Of a DNA stretch of 64,000 nucleotides, positions 32,801 through 45,600 are shown piece after piece. This DNA comes from Macrostomum lignano. Lineage: Eukaryota. The stretch covers positions 496,001 through 560,000 of the forward strand of contig NIVC01000254.1 in NCBI GenBank assembly GCA_002269645.1, in the 5' to 3' direction. The position numbers and the translations under genes were made by a program. The notes under the pieces are model-generated. The model ran no database searches. It saw only the letters and a list, made by a program, of their open reading frames with translations, and had not been told where the DNA came from. Within the stretch, counting starts at the first letter, position 1. Every line of letters begins with the position of its first letter.

Positions 32801-35800
32801 CCACATCTAGCCTTGCATTCCCCAGTAGCTGTCTTAAAAGTCAAATAGTTGCCCGATGCATCGAACGGCGCCATGGTTCCGTTCGGGTACTGACAGATGA
32901 GCGCGGTGGCATTGGTACTCTCGTCACATTTCGCGACAAAAACTCCCAGAGAGTGCGTCGAATTCAATCGCATCTGCAGGCAGTGCTGTTGAAAATCTTC
33001 ATTGGGATTTTTCACCTCCACTTGCACCGGATTGCTAGTTGAAGTGTTGGAGTTCAGTAAGAAAATGCGGCTCGCTCTTGGATGCTTCTTGATCCCGGTA
33101 TGGTAGGTGAAGGTACTGAAATTGGTTAAGATGGCTTTTGATTTAATTCGTACGGATTCCGGGATCATTAACACATTTACGAGTAGTTACCTAATTAATG
33201 TAGAATTTATCATTAACTTTATGTCACAATGGATAGTTATACTGGTTAATGCATATTAATACGAAATTTAATCATTTTTATCTTTAAACATCAAGTCTAG
33301 AAATATTTTAAACCAGTTGGCTGTTTTGAATCTTTACATTTTTGGTCTTTTTTGAGTTTTGAAAAAGATCTGCTGCTAGCTCGTAATCTTCAAGTGCACA
33401 GTGCACTTGGTACATAAGGACAATTCACTCACCCAGTCACACCGTCCACAGGAATGTAAATTGACCCGCTCTTCAGCTCGTCGAGCTCCATCAGGCCTAC
33501 CAGAGCTCCCGGGCATCTTTCCAAAGCAGCTGATCTTGGCGCTTGAGTCTGCCCGAAGTTCCAAAATGAATAACAGTTGGAGCCAGCGCAAAGTGAGCTG
33601 TTGACTGACATGGCTGCAATTTGAACAGTGGGGAATCGTTTTGTCCAGCCGCCAAGGTGACAGATTCCCCTCCTGCTGAGTTCCCTTAAAACGCCTAGAT
33701 TTAACGGTGCGTCCTCTGAGACCAAATAGAAAACAACGAATAATCGGACGATCTGTCATGTTTTTCACACGATCGGACGGACGTTCGGATGAAATGACGT
33801 AGGCAGAAACGAATTAACTTTACGTCCCATGAAAACAATCCAAGAGTCTACTTACGAACAGTTCGATAGCAGACCCAGTCGCTTAAAGTACAGTTTGCCT
33901 CCATTATCAGATCGCCATTAGCAACGTCAATTCTGATGCAGGCGGGGAACCGGGTAACGCGGAACCGCTCAGGAGGTGAACCTAGGCTCATGGGCTCAAC
34001 AAAGTCCGTCAGGGTATCGTTAGAGAACGGCATGACGTACTCGAGCGAGCACTCTCGCGCTTGAATGTAGTACTCGGTGCTCAGGTTAAGCGTCAGGACA
34101 AATGATCTGCAAAGCAATCGGCATCATGCAATGTCTTGAAACCTTTGTTTGATAACTTTCCTTGTCTTCCTGAGTGGTTTATGAGTATTTCCAGGTTATC
34201 TTGAAGTCTATATTCCATTCAATCGAATGGTGAATTCTATGCCCGGGATTGTAGTCCAGTGGTTGAGCATCGGACTCACGACTTAAAGGTCGGGGGTTCG
34301 ATTCTCGACCCACTCGGAACAATTGCGTCCTTGAGCAAGACACTCGACTCTGCATTCCTTCAGTTCACCCAACTGCAAAATGGGTGCCAGCATTAGCTGG
34401 GGTAATTGAGGGTGTGTGTGGCGACCCCCCCCCCCTTCCAGTCCTTGGACTGAACAGCCGTACGCAGCCTTCAGATGCGCCGCGCAATAGCTGCGGCTGA
34501 GCTGTCGGTTGCACATCTGCCTATTAGGGCAGGTGTAAGCAATTATTATTCTTACTGAAATATATACTCAAGGGTTTCATACGACATTAAAATTCTTCGA
34601 ATCTTTCTCATGGAAACTTCCGGTTCAAGGTTTACAAATTTTCTATATTCCCACAGGGCTTCACGACAGATTTCTAGAGATTGCCATTAGTAGGAGTAAT
34701 ATAAAGTCGAGAAAACCAAACCTAATTAGTGCTTCTTCGCTTGAGTCCTTGGCAAGCGCCAGCTTTCCACTGGACGAGCAGCTCCCGGAGTTGGCGGCCG
34801 TCCAATTGAACGAATTTTTAGTGACGTAATAGCACATTCCTAGCAGTTGGTAGCACACATCTGCGAATTGGGAGTTCGTGCAGCTGGATTATTTATGCAA
34901 TATAACCTGACTCTTTAAAGAGTTTTCTTCTTTAGTTTATTTACTCGTAGTTCGCACTGGGACTGTCTAAAGTAGTCAAGGCCCATTCCACGTGCGTCAG
35001 GGATCGACAAACTCCTGCCCGGGAAGCCTCTCTATCCGGTCATCGGGTCCTTTGAAACTTTACAAATACAGCGATCCCGTCCGCTTAACTTTTGTCTCTT
35101 CTCAGTCTCCCCTCTCTCTTCTCGCTCTCCCGTCTCACTTCTCTCATCTCCCGTCTCTCTCATCACTCTCCCCTCTCTCTTCTCACTCTCCCGTCTCACT
35201 TCTCTCATATCCCGTCTCTCTTCTCACTCTCCCGTCTCACTTCTCTCATCTCCCGTCTCTCTTCTCACTCTCTCCTCTCTCTTCTCACTCTCCCGTCTCA
35301 CTTCTCTCATCTCCCGTCTCTCTTCTCACTCTCCCGTCTCACTTCTCTCATCTCCCGTCTCTCTTCTCACTCTCCCCTCTCCCTTCTCACTTTCCCGTCT
35401 CACTTCTCTCATATCCCGTCTCTCTTCTCACTCTCCCTCTCTCTTCTCTCATCTCCTCTCTCTCTTCTCTCATCTCCTCTCTCTCTTCTCACTCCCCCCT
35501 CTCCTTTTTTCTTATCCCTTCCCTTATCTCATTTCTCGCATCTTCTCGCTTCTCTCATTTCTCATTTTCTATTCCCTATCCTATAATCTACTCTCTTCTA
35601 ACCCTTGATGATTCTCTACCTGGCCCTTGAGGTAAAAAAATTTGCCAATCCCTTGGTGTACGTCATTTGCAGACAGAGTACTCACTCTGCGCCTTAGAGT
35701 TTCCCATCACTGGCGTAAATAGCACAACAAAACCTCAGGCCCCAAACTAAGGAATCGAACTACTCGTAAGGATTTAGTTGGATTATTGGTTAGATCTTAC

Positions 35801-38800
35801 TTTTACCTCAGTCGCATTCGCCATTATCTTCTGATCACTAGGGAGATCAGCAGACCAACGGCAAACATCACAAACATCTACATGTAGCGTCACGACTCAT
35901 TTGTTCACAGAAATCAGCCCGTGCGGTTTTGGTGCGATTCTTAACCATGAGAGCAAGCCCCAGAGAGTTTACATGACTGACGATTAGAAAGTCAGGGCCA
36001 CTCGATGTACACCCCACGTGAGCGTGTGTTTGAGTGACGATGTCGCCAAAGGCGTTGCACCAGTGAACCCTCAAACCTGATCAGTTCAGTGCTAAAGTAT
36101 GCATGATGAAGCGGACACTCACACGCAGCCACATCGGGACTGGAGTCCAGAAAAGAAGACGAGCCCAGAAAAACTTCGCACATCAACGGACGCAGAGAGG
36201 CCGGATTAATGAGGGTTACAACAACAGCCTTTCCACCGCCTCCAGTGGCATTGGCCATCACTGTGGCAACTTTTAGTCTGTCCTGTTCAGCCGAAGGTTG
36301 GCCCGACAAAGGCGGAGTTGGCATTGTTGGCAAGTTGGTCAGCGCAGACGAAATGCTGGCGTTGCGGCTGCCAGCCCAGCAGGCAGTCTGGCTGGCGGTT
36401 GAGCGTCCTGGAGACTCGGCGATGACTACAGGCGCTCTGCGATGGGTTAAGGAGTTTCTTCATACAAAGTAAAATATTTATGGAGTAAATTTTCGTCCAG
36501 GTAGCTGTTAGCAACCTTCCCTGGTCCTAAGATACAGATGCGGGTACATATACAGGTACAGATACAGGCACATATGCAGGTACATATATACAGGTACAGG
36601 TACAGATAAAGGTACAGATACAGGTATAGGTACAGATACAGGTATAGGTACAGATACAGGTACAGGTACAGATACAGATACAGGTGCAAATACAGGTACA
36701 GATACAGATACAGATACAGATGCAAATACAGGTGGAAATGCAAGTACAGATACAGATACAGGTACAAATACAAGTACAGATACAGGTAAAGATACAGATA
36801 CAGATACAGGTACAAATACAAGTACAGATACAGGTAAAGATACAGATACAGATACAGGTGCAAATGCAAGTACAGATACAGATACAGGTACAAATACAAG
36901 TACAGATACAGGTAAAGATACAGATACAGATACAGGTGCAAATACAGGTACAGATACAGGTAAAGATACAGATACAGATACAGGTGCAAATGCAAGTACA
37001 GATACAGATACAGGTAAAGATACAGATACAGATACAGGTGCAAATACAGGTACAGATACAGATACAGGTGCAAATACAGGTACAGATACAGATACAGATG
37101 CAAATACAGGTACAGATACAGATACAGATGCAAATACAGGTACAGATACAGATACAGGTGCAAATACAGGTACAGATACAGATACAGATGTAAATACAGG
37201 TACAGATACAGATAGAGATGCAAATACAGGTACAGATACAGATACAGGTGCAAATACAGGTACAGATACAGATACAGATGCAAATACAGGTACAGATACA
37301 GATAGAGATGCAAATACAGGTACAGATACAGATACAGGTGCAAATACAGGTACAGATACAGATACAGGTGCAAATACAGGTACAGATACAGATAGAGATG
37401 CAAATACAGATACAGATACATACACATGTGCAAATACAAGTACAGATACAGATAGAGGTGCAAATGCAGGTACAGATACAGATAGAGATGCAAATACAGG
37501 TACAGATACAGATAGAGATGCAAATACAGATACAGATACATACACATGTGCAAATACAAGTACAGATACAGATACAGGTGCAAATACAGGTACAGATACA
37601 GATACAGGTGCAAATACAGGTACAGGTACAGATACATACACATGTGCAAATACAGGCACAGATACATACACATGTGCAAATACAGGTACAGATACATACA
37701 CATGTGCAAATACAGGTACAGATACAGATACAGGTGCAAATACAGGTACAGATACAGATACAGATGCAAATACAGATACAGATACATACACATGTGCAAA
37801 TACAAGTACAGATACAGATAGAGGTGCAAATGCAGGTACAAATACAGATAGAGATGCAAATACAGGTACAGATACAGATAGAGATGCAAATACAGATACA
37901 GATACATACACATGTGCAAATACAAGTACAGATACAGATACAGGTGCAAATACAAGTACAGATACAGATAGAGATGCAAATACAGGTACAGATACAGATA
38001 GAGATGCAAATACAGATACAGATACATACATATGTGCAAATACAAGTACAGATACAGATACAGGTGCAAATACAGGTACAGATACAGATACAGGTGCAAA
38101 TACAGGTACAGGTACAGGTACAGATACATACACATGTGCAAATACAGGTACAGATACATACACATGTGCAAATACAGGTACAGATACATACACATGTGCA
38201 AATACAGGTACAGATACAGATACAGGTGCAAATGCAGGTACAGATACAGATACAGGTGCAAATACAGGTACAGATACAGATAGAGATGCAAATACAAGTA
38301 CAGATACAGATAGAGGTGCAAATACAGGTACAGATACATACACATGTGCAAATACAGGTACAGATACATACACATGTGCAAATACAGGTACAGATACATA
38401 CACATGTGCAAATGCAGGTACAGATACAGATACAGGTGCAAATACAGGTACAGATACAGGTGCAAATACAGATACAGATACAGATACAGATGCAAATACA
38501 GGTACAGATACAGATACAGATGCAAATAGAAGTACAGATACAGATACAGGTGCAAATACAAGTACAGATACAGATACAGGTGCAAATACAGGTACAGATA
38601 CAGATACAGATGCAAATACAAGTACAGATACAGATACAGGTGCAAATACAAGTACAGATACAGATACAGGTGCAAATACAGGTACAGATACAGATACAGA
38701 TGCAAATACAAGTACAGATACAGGTGCAAATGCAGATACAGATACAGATACAGATGCAAATACAAGTACAGATACAGATACAGATGCAAATACAAGTACA

Positions 38801-39265
38801 GATACAGATACCGGTGCAAATGCAGGTAGTTACGCTCGTATCAACTTTCCCAGTCGCCAGTGTATTACAAGAATCGCATTTTGCAAGTTATTGTATTCGA
38901 ATACACAAAATTGAGCTTTATAACAGTAGCAAATATGTAATGCAAAATCCAGCTCATCCCTTCAGTCTTTTGGAATTATCAACCTTAGAAATCGGCATCT
39001 ATGAGCCGCTCTCTTACGAGCTATTAAGCGCCGCCCTCAAAGCCGGAGAAGTTTGCAAATATTGCAGAATATTTTTCGTTATGGGTTGAAACCCGCCGGG
39101 ACCGCACGGGTCGCTAAACGAGTTGGTTGTTGAACTCCTCTGCACAGTGACGTAACAGTTCGTGTCGCCGGTGGGACAGTGAAACCCCATCGGGTCGCCA
39201 GCTGCCGCTCCTACTAGAGACACCAGCAACAGTTGCAGTGCCAGCGAAACAGCTCCGCTAGCCAT
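23833..39265 (-). CDS. Large secreted multidomain protein with C-type-lectin-like and Sushi/CCP-like cysteine modules. Exons 39265-39018, 36436-36123, 34860-34722, 34106-33856, 33715-33433, 33115-32664, 31676-31386, 28725-28200, 28156-28103, 27203-26850, 24422-23833; the 3' end may continue to about 22600
   Basis: Signal peptide [22 protein letters not shown]; CTLD-like CYYV..SFNWTAA...C...GKLA, FWLDG and RPLMCE; CCP-like C..PP/C.VTP modules; many N-glycosylation sequons. Exon phases chain consistently by hand. Confidence 0.75.
24487..26712. repeat. Composite 23-bp then 24-bp minisatellite
   Basis: GACAAGATCCGTTAGACAATGGT to about 25620, then ATACAAGATCCGTTAGACAATTAG. Confidence 0.95.
27225..27670. 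repeat. 74-bp tandem repeat, 6 copies
   Basis: TTGGGCTTGTGTTG at 27225, 27299, 27373, 27447, 27521 and 27595. Confidence 0.95.
28780..31366. repeat. About 16-bp TAGATTAGACATCAGG satellite with higher-order duplications
   Basis: The variant block TTAGACACCAGATAG recurs at 28817, 29821 and 30458. Confidence 0.92.
31930..32565. repeat. 30-bp minisatellite
   Basis: TCAGTATCTATATCAGTGTCTACGTCACTA tandem copies. Confidence 0.95.
34241..34550 (+). mobile_element. tRNA-derived SINE with a conserved central (Meta/V-like) domain
   Basis: A-box TAGTCCAGTGG, B-box GGTTCGATTC, TCCTTGAGCAAGACACT...CACCCAACTG..AAATGGGTGCC core and (ATT)n tail; a second partial copy lies at 45130-45245. Confidence 0.8.
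34998..35655. mobile_element. hAT-like MITE with expanded CT-rich interior
   Basis: Termini CAGGGATCGACAAACT and TTTGCCAATCCCT; family motif shared with 20715 and 44709. Confidence 0.7.
36530..38822. repeat. 6-bp-based (TACAGA/TACAGG/TGCAAA) satellite, about 2.3 kb
   Basis: Direct reading. Confidence 0.95.
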
Positions 39266-39375
39266 GGATGTTGGTTCAGTTTTTATAACTCGATTTGGTC
39301 AGAAAATTGTACCTGAAAAAATTGGAAAGCAATTTGAAACTTTTTGGCACATTTGACACAAGCTCCGTAAATCGT

Positions 39376-41370
39376 TTTGACGTTTGTAGCACATTGTTCT
39401 ATCACTGTAACACATACTTCCACCACTGTAGCACATTGTTCTATCACTGTAACACATACTTCCACCACTGTAGTACATTGTTCTATCACTGTAACACATA
39501 CTTCCACCACTGTAGCACATTGTTCTATCACTGTAACACATACTTCCACCACTGTAGTACATTGTTCTATCACTGTAACACATACTTCCACCACTGTAGT
39601 ACATTGTTCTATCACTGTAACACATACTTCTAGCACAACAACACATACTTCCACCACTGCAATACATATTTCCACCACTGCAACACATACTTCCACCACT
39701 GCAACACATACTTCCACCACTGCAACACATACTTCCACCACTGCAACACATACTTCCAGCACAGCAACACATACTTCCACCACTGTAACACGTAGTTCTA
39801 CACTGTAACACATACTTCCACCACTGCAACACATACTTCCACCACTGCAACACATACTTCCACCACTGCAACACATACTTCCACCACTGCAACACATACT
39901 TCCACCACTGCAACACATACTTCCAGCACAGCAACACATACTTCCACCACTGTAACACGTAGTTCTACACTGTAACACATACTTCCACTACTGCAATACA
40001 TATTTCCACCACTGCAACACATACTTTCAACACTGCAACACATACTTCCAGCACAGCAACACATACTTCCACCACTGTAACACAAACTTCCACCACTGCA
40101 ATACATATTTCCACCACTGCAACACATACTTCCACCACTGCAACACATACTTCCACTACTGCAACACATACTTCCAGCACTGCAACACATACTTCCACCA
40201 CTGTAACACAAACTTCCACCACTGCAATACATATTTCCACCACTGCAACACATACTTCCACCACTGCAACACATACTTCCACCACTGCAACACATACTTC
40301 CAGCACAGCAACACATACTTCCACTACTGCAACACATGCTTCCACCACTGCAACACATACTTCCACCACTGCAACACATACTTCCACCACTGCAACACAT
40401 ACTTCCAGCACAACAACACATGCTTCCACCACTGCAGCACATACTTCCAGCACAACAACACATGCTTCCACCACTGCAGCACATACTTCCACCACTGCAA
40501 CACATACTTCCACCACTGCAACACATACTTCCACCACTGTAACACAAACTTCCACCACTGCAATACATATTTCCACCACTGCAACACATACTTCCACCAC
40601 TGCAACACATACTTCCACCACTGCAACACATACTTCCAGCACAGCAACACATACTTCCACTACTGCAACACATGCTTCCACCACTGCAACACATACTTCC
40701 ACCACTGCAACACATACTTCCACCACTGCAACACATACTTCCAGCACAACAACACATGCTTCCACCACTGCAGCACATACTTCCAGCACAACAACACATG
40801 CTTCCACCACTGCAGCACATACTTCCAGCACAACAACACATGCTTCCACCACTGCAGCACATACTTCCAGCTTAACAACACATGCTTCCACCACTGCAGC
40901 ACATACTTCCAGCACAACAACACATACTTCCACCACTGCAACACATACTTCCACCACTGTAACACAAACTTCCACCACTGCAATACATATTTCCACCACT
41001 GCAACACATACTTCCACCACTGCAACACATACTTCCACCACTGCAACACATACTTCCAGCACAGCAACACATACTTCCACTACTGCAACACATGCTTCCA
41101 CCACTGCAACACATACTTCCACCACTGCAACACATACTTCCACCACTGCAACACATACTTCCAGCACAACAACACATGCTTCCACCACTGCAGCACATAC
41201 TTCCAGCACAACAACACATGCTTCCACCACTGCAGCACATACTTCCAGCACAACAACACATACTTCCACCACTGCAACACATACTTCCACCACTGCAACA
41301 CATACTTCCACTACTGCAACACATACTTCCACCACTGCAACACACACTTCCAGCACTGCAATACATACTT
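39376..41370. repeat. 21-bp (partly 42-bp) minisatellite CACATACTTCCACCACTGCAA upstream of the lectin-like gene
   Basis: Direct reading. Confidence 0.95.
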
Positions 41371-42626
41371 GTAACCATTTTAGTAACCATTGCATTATTG
41401 GGGATATTATATCGATATTTAAACTTACTTGCGGATGCCAGCCAATTTGTAAGTTCCAAGCAAATAAAGCTTCTTCTCCTCTGCAGGAAAAGTGGAGAGA
41501 ATCCTTCCACAGCTCTTCTACAGGCTACTGTGTCTATTTACCTCTCGACGGACCGCAGCTTTGGGTTGATTGGTTGCCAATGGTGACCGGGCATGCCGGG
41601 GTTGGCTTTGCAGCTTGGATAGAGCTTAAGTTAGAGCTGCTGGAGCTTTGGGTGTGCTGTGTCTAACAAGTGTTGTGGGGTGGAAGAAGCCTCTACAAGC
41701 GGGAGGGCCATTTTTTCCCTGGGAATTTTCCACTTTTCATGCAAAAGATGAACCGCTAATTTATCAGGTCTTGCGAGCAATCTCTCCAAAAAATTTTAAC
41801 AAAAAAATTTTGTTTATGTTCAACTACACCTTTAAATTTTGAATGCATGGCCAGTCCAGACGTCAAACTTAAGGCGTCCTTAACTAAGAGAAGGTGAAAC
41901 AATTAAAGAGGAATTTACTTGCTAAAAAATAGCGAGAATCCGACAATGCTAAGTTGCTAAGAGGCCTTCGAATTCAGGGTGGGAATAAGGACTGCGTGTA
42001 ACAAATAACTGCTCAGGATACTGCAGGATAGCAGAGTACATGGCAGTGTCAGAATACATGTACGAAAGACAGAACTGCCTGAATAGTTTTTCTCAAGGAG
42101 TTTCGCTGGGGGCTTCACCCTCCCTCTGGTGAATGCATTGTATTCAGGCTTGTCTTTGCATCAACACTGCTCAGAACTCAGACATCCATGGCATAGAAGA
42201 CAAAAGCTATACCTAGCTAAAGAAGTCTCCATTGAGGACAAATGCAGTTTAAGCAGTAGCTCAGCCCTGTCACTCAAGCTATAATTCCTAATTGCATCTT
42301 TGGACAGAATCGTTTCTAGCATCAAAAGTAGCTACTGGACCTATTGAAATAGATGTTCCGCTTTTCTCTACTTAAAGTAGTCAAACTTGACTAAAACTGG
42401 CCTTAAACCATGGAGCCACAGCGGCCGTTCAGCCAATGAAAATTAAGTAGCACAGTATCGATTATTCCGTTGTTACATTATATAGACGTCTCAGTCTTGA
42501 GATCAGGACTCCAAATTTGACAATCTACCAGACTGGAACGTTGAGACATCAGGCCATCCTGTCGGATCCCTCAAAGCCTGAGTGGCAGCCGCCGATGCCG
42601 CTCTGACTGATGGCCAGCGCTGCGGC

Positions 42627-45600
42627 ATGGGCAGGCGGATTCAGTGCATCGGCAAGTACGCCATGTGCGGCCACACTCTTGGCAAAGGCAGCTTTGCTCG
42701 AGTTGAATTGGCGGTGCACGATGTCACTAAGTGCAAGGTGAGCTTGTTTCTGATGCACAGGGTTACTATTGTGCTTCGAATGCTTGTTATTTTGAAGTTG
42801 TTAGCTGCATGTGTCCCGAGGGTGAGTCAAGTAGCTTTGGTCAACTGAAGAACCCGAGGGTTGAGTAGCTATGGTCAACTGAAGAACCCGAGGGTTGAGT
42901 AGCTTTGGTCAACTGAAGAACCCGAGGGTTGAGTAGTTTTGGTCAACTGAAGAACCCGAGGGTTGAGTAGCTTTGGTCAAATGAAGAACCCGAGGGTTGA
43001 GTAGCTTTGGTCAACTGAGGAACCCGAGGGTTGAGTAGCTTTGGTCAACTGAGAGAACCCAAGGTTGAGTAGCTTTGGTCAACTGAGAGAACCCAAGGTT
43101 GAGTAGCTTTGGTCAACTGAGAGAACCCAAGGTTGAGTAGCTTTGGTCAAATGAAGAACCCGAGGGTTGAGTAGCTTTGGTCAACTGAAGAACCCGAGGG
43201 TTGAGTAGCTTTGGTCAACTGAAGAACCCGAGGGTTGAGTAGCTTTGGTCAACTGAAGAACCCGAGGGTTGAGTAGCTTTGGTCAACTGAAGAACCCGAG
43301 GGTTGAGTAGCTTTGGTCAACTGAAGAACCCAAGGTTGAGTAGCTTTGGTCAGCTGAAGAACCCAAGGTTGAGTAGCTTTGGTCAGCTGGAGAACCCAAG
43401 GTTGAGTAGCTTTGGTCAGCTGAAGAACCCAAGGTTGAGTAGCTTTGGTCAACTGAGAGAACCCAAGGTTGAGTAGCTTTGGTCAACTGAGAGAACCCAA
43501 GGTTGAGTAGCTTTGGTCAAATGAAGAACCCGAGGGTTGAGTAGCTTTGGTCAACTGAGAGAACCCGAGGGTTGAGTAGCTTTGGTCAACTGAGAGAACC
43601 CGAGGGTTGAGTAGCTTTGGTCAGCTGAAGAACCCGAGGGTTGAGTAGCTTTGGTCAGCTGAAGAACCCCAAAAGGTTGAGACAATCGTACAAAAGACAA
43701 TAGGATGGATAACACATCTGATACAAGAAGGAATTAAGCATTGCATTCTAGGCTCAGTGCGCCACCTGTTCAACAACTGTAAGTGTCCAGGAAATGGCAG
43801 CGTGCAAAAGTGTAATTAGTGCGCCAGTCAGCAGCCAAGTGATTAGACACCCGTGCCTGAAACTCTCCTCCATCGCTCGCTCTGCTCATAGTTGGGAACT
43901 TATCGAAGGGTCTCATGGGAAATCAGGGGAGGGTAGAGCATATCAGACCAGGGAGGTCACATCCCCTCACTGTGACCCCTTGGGGACCAGGAATTAGTTT
44001 GGAAAACAGATCCCAATCATCTCCGAGAGCCAATGTAGCTGACAAATACACAAAATTCTTTTTGGCAAAGTGGAAAAGTTGTTAATGAAAATGACTTCGC
44101 AGCGGCAGGGTGTATAACTTTTCGGTTGATGCGACTGCGAAGCCGAACTGATGAAAGGACACATTTATCGATCGAATATTTCCCACAAAACTCTATTTTG
44201 ACTTAAATTTACCGTTTTTCCTCAATCCTCAAGGTGGCTGTAAAAATAATCGACACGAAAAAAATTAGTGACGACTACGTGCGAAACAATTTGTACAGGG
44301 AGGCGCGGATCCTCTCCCAGTTGCGCCATCCCAATATAATTCGTTATTTTGAATCGCTCAAGGTAAGTTTTAAAACTCTATTAGTTATTTAGTACAAGTT
44401 AATTAGAGCGATCGATAAAACCCTTGCTTAGCTCCCATTGGCTGGCTCGAACGCGTACAATCGCGCCGCACATTGCACATTGCTCCCCCGCCGGACCCAC
44501 CACCTCACTCCTTGCTTCAAATTTTACAAGATTCGCTATACTTTACAACTTTAATGACAAAAGACTAAACAAAGACTAGACAAGAGATTTGCTTTTGCAC
44601 AACGTTGCTCGTACAAGGAGCTTTACCGAGGAAAAATCTGTCTCGGAACTTTACACAACTTGAGAGTACTACAATGTCATTCTACTCATAATCTAGTTAA
44701 TCATAGATCATGTGGGTCGTCAAACTCCGGCCGCAAGTGGCCAGCAGAGCCTCTCTCTATCCGGCCCTCGGGTCCTCTGAAACTTCACAATAGCAATCCG
44801 GCCCGCTTGCGTCTCTTCTCAGCTCTCCTCTCCTCTCCTCTCCTTTCCTCTCCTCTACTCTCCTCTACTCTCCTCTCCTCTCCTCTACTCTACTCTACTC
44901 TACTCTCCTCTCCTCTCCTCTCCTCTCCTCTCCTCTCCTCTCCTCTCCTCTCCTCCCTCTCCTCTCCTCTCCTCTCCTCTCCTCTCCTCTCCTCTCCTCT
45001 CCTCTCCTCTCCTCTCCTCTCCTCTCCTCTCCTCTCCTCTCCTCTCCTCTCCTCTCCCTAGTTTGCCGACAGCTGCCATAAATGTTAAACATCACTTTTT
45101 AAACATAGATATGTTTATAATAATAACTGATTACCCCTGCCCTGATGGACAAATGTGCAACAAATGTACGGCGCATCTAAAGGCTGCGTACGGCTGTTCA
45201 GTCCAAGGACTGGGGGGGGGTAAATGCTGGCACCCATTTTACGCACAGGAATTAACCTGTGCAACTGTTCTCTCAACTGTAGGCGGGCACATTCTACTGT
45301 CTGGTATCCGAGATGGCTGGCGGTGGCACAATCACCAGCTTCATGAAAGGTTTCAAGGACAACCGGCTGCCGGAACACTTGGCTAGAAACTTTTTCCGCC
45401 AGATGGTATCGGCTCTGCACTACATGCACGAACGCGGCGTTGTGCACCGGTTTGCGAATTTTTTTTACAACTTGTCGATTTCGGCACCAATTTAAATGCG
45501 TCGCAAATCAAATCCAGTCGTAGCTCTCAATTTGCTGCTAATTTTTCAGAGACTTAAAAATGGAAAATATTCTGCTAGACGAAAAGCGAAGAAACGTAAA

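Noticed and set aside
34241-34315. tRNA gene
   Set aside because: Has A/B boxes but no proper acceptor stem, and continues into a SINE body.
36447-39089. 790-, 631- and 623-aa ORFs (LYLY, VSVP, QIQV)
   Set aside because: Stop-free translations of a 6-bp-based satellite in lectin intron 1.
39283-41586. Mucin-like (THTSTTA)n and Cys/Val-rich ORFs
   Set aside because: Products of the 21-bp array; the frame shifts between blocks and there are no credible splice sites or unique flanking coding sequence.
42582-42626. GTG start extending the kinase N-terminus
   Set aside because: In-frame TGA directly upstream and no ATG; first ATG at 42627 used, although an upstream exon cannot be excluded.
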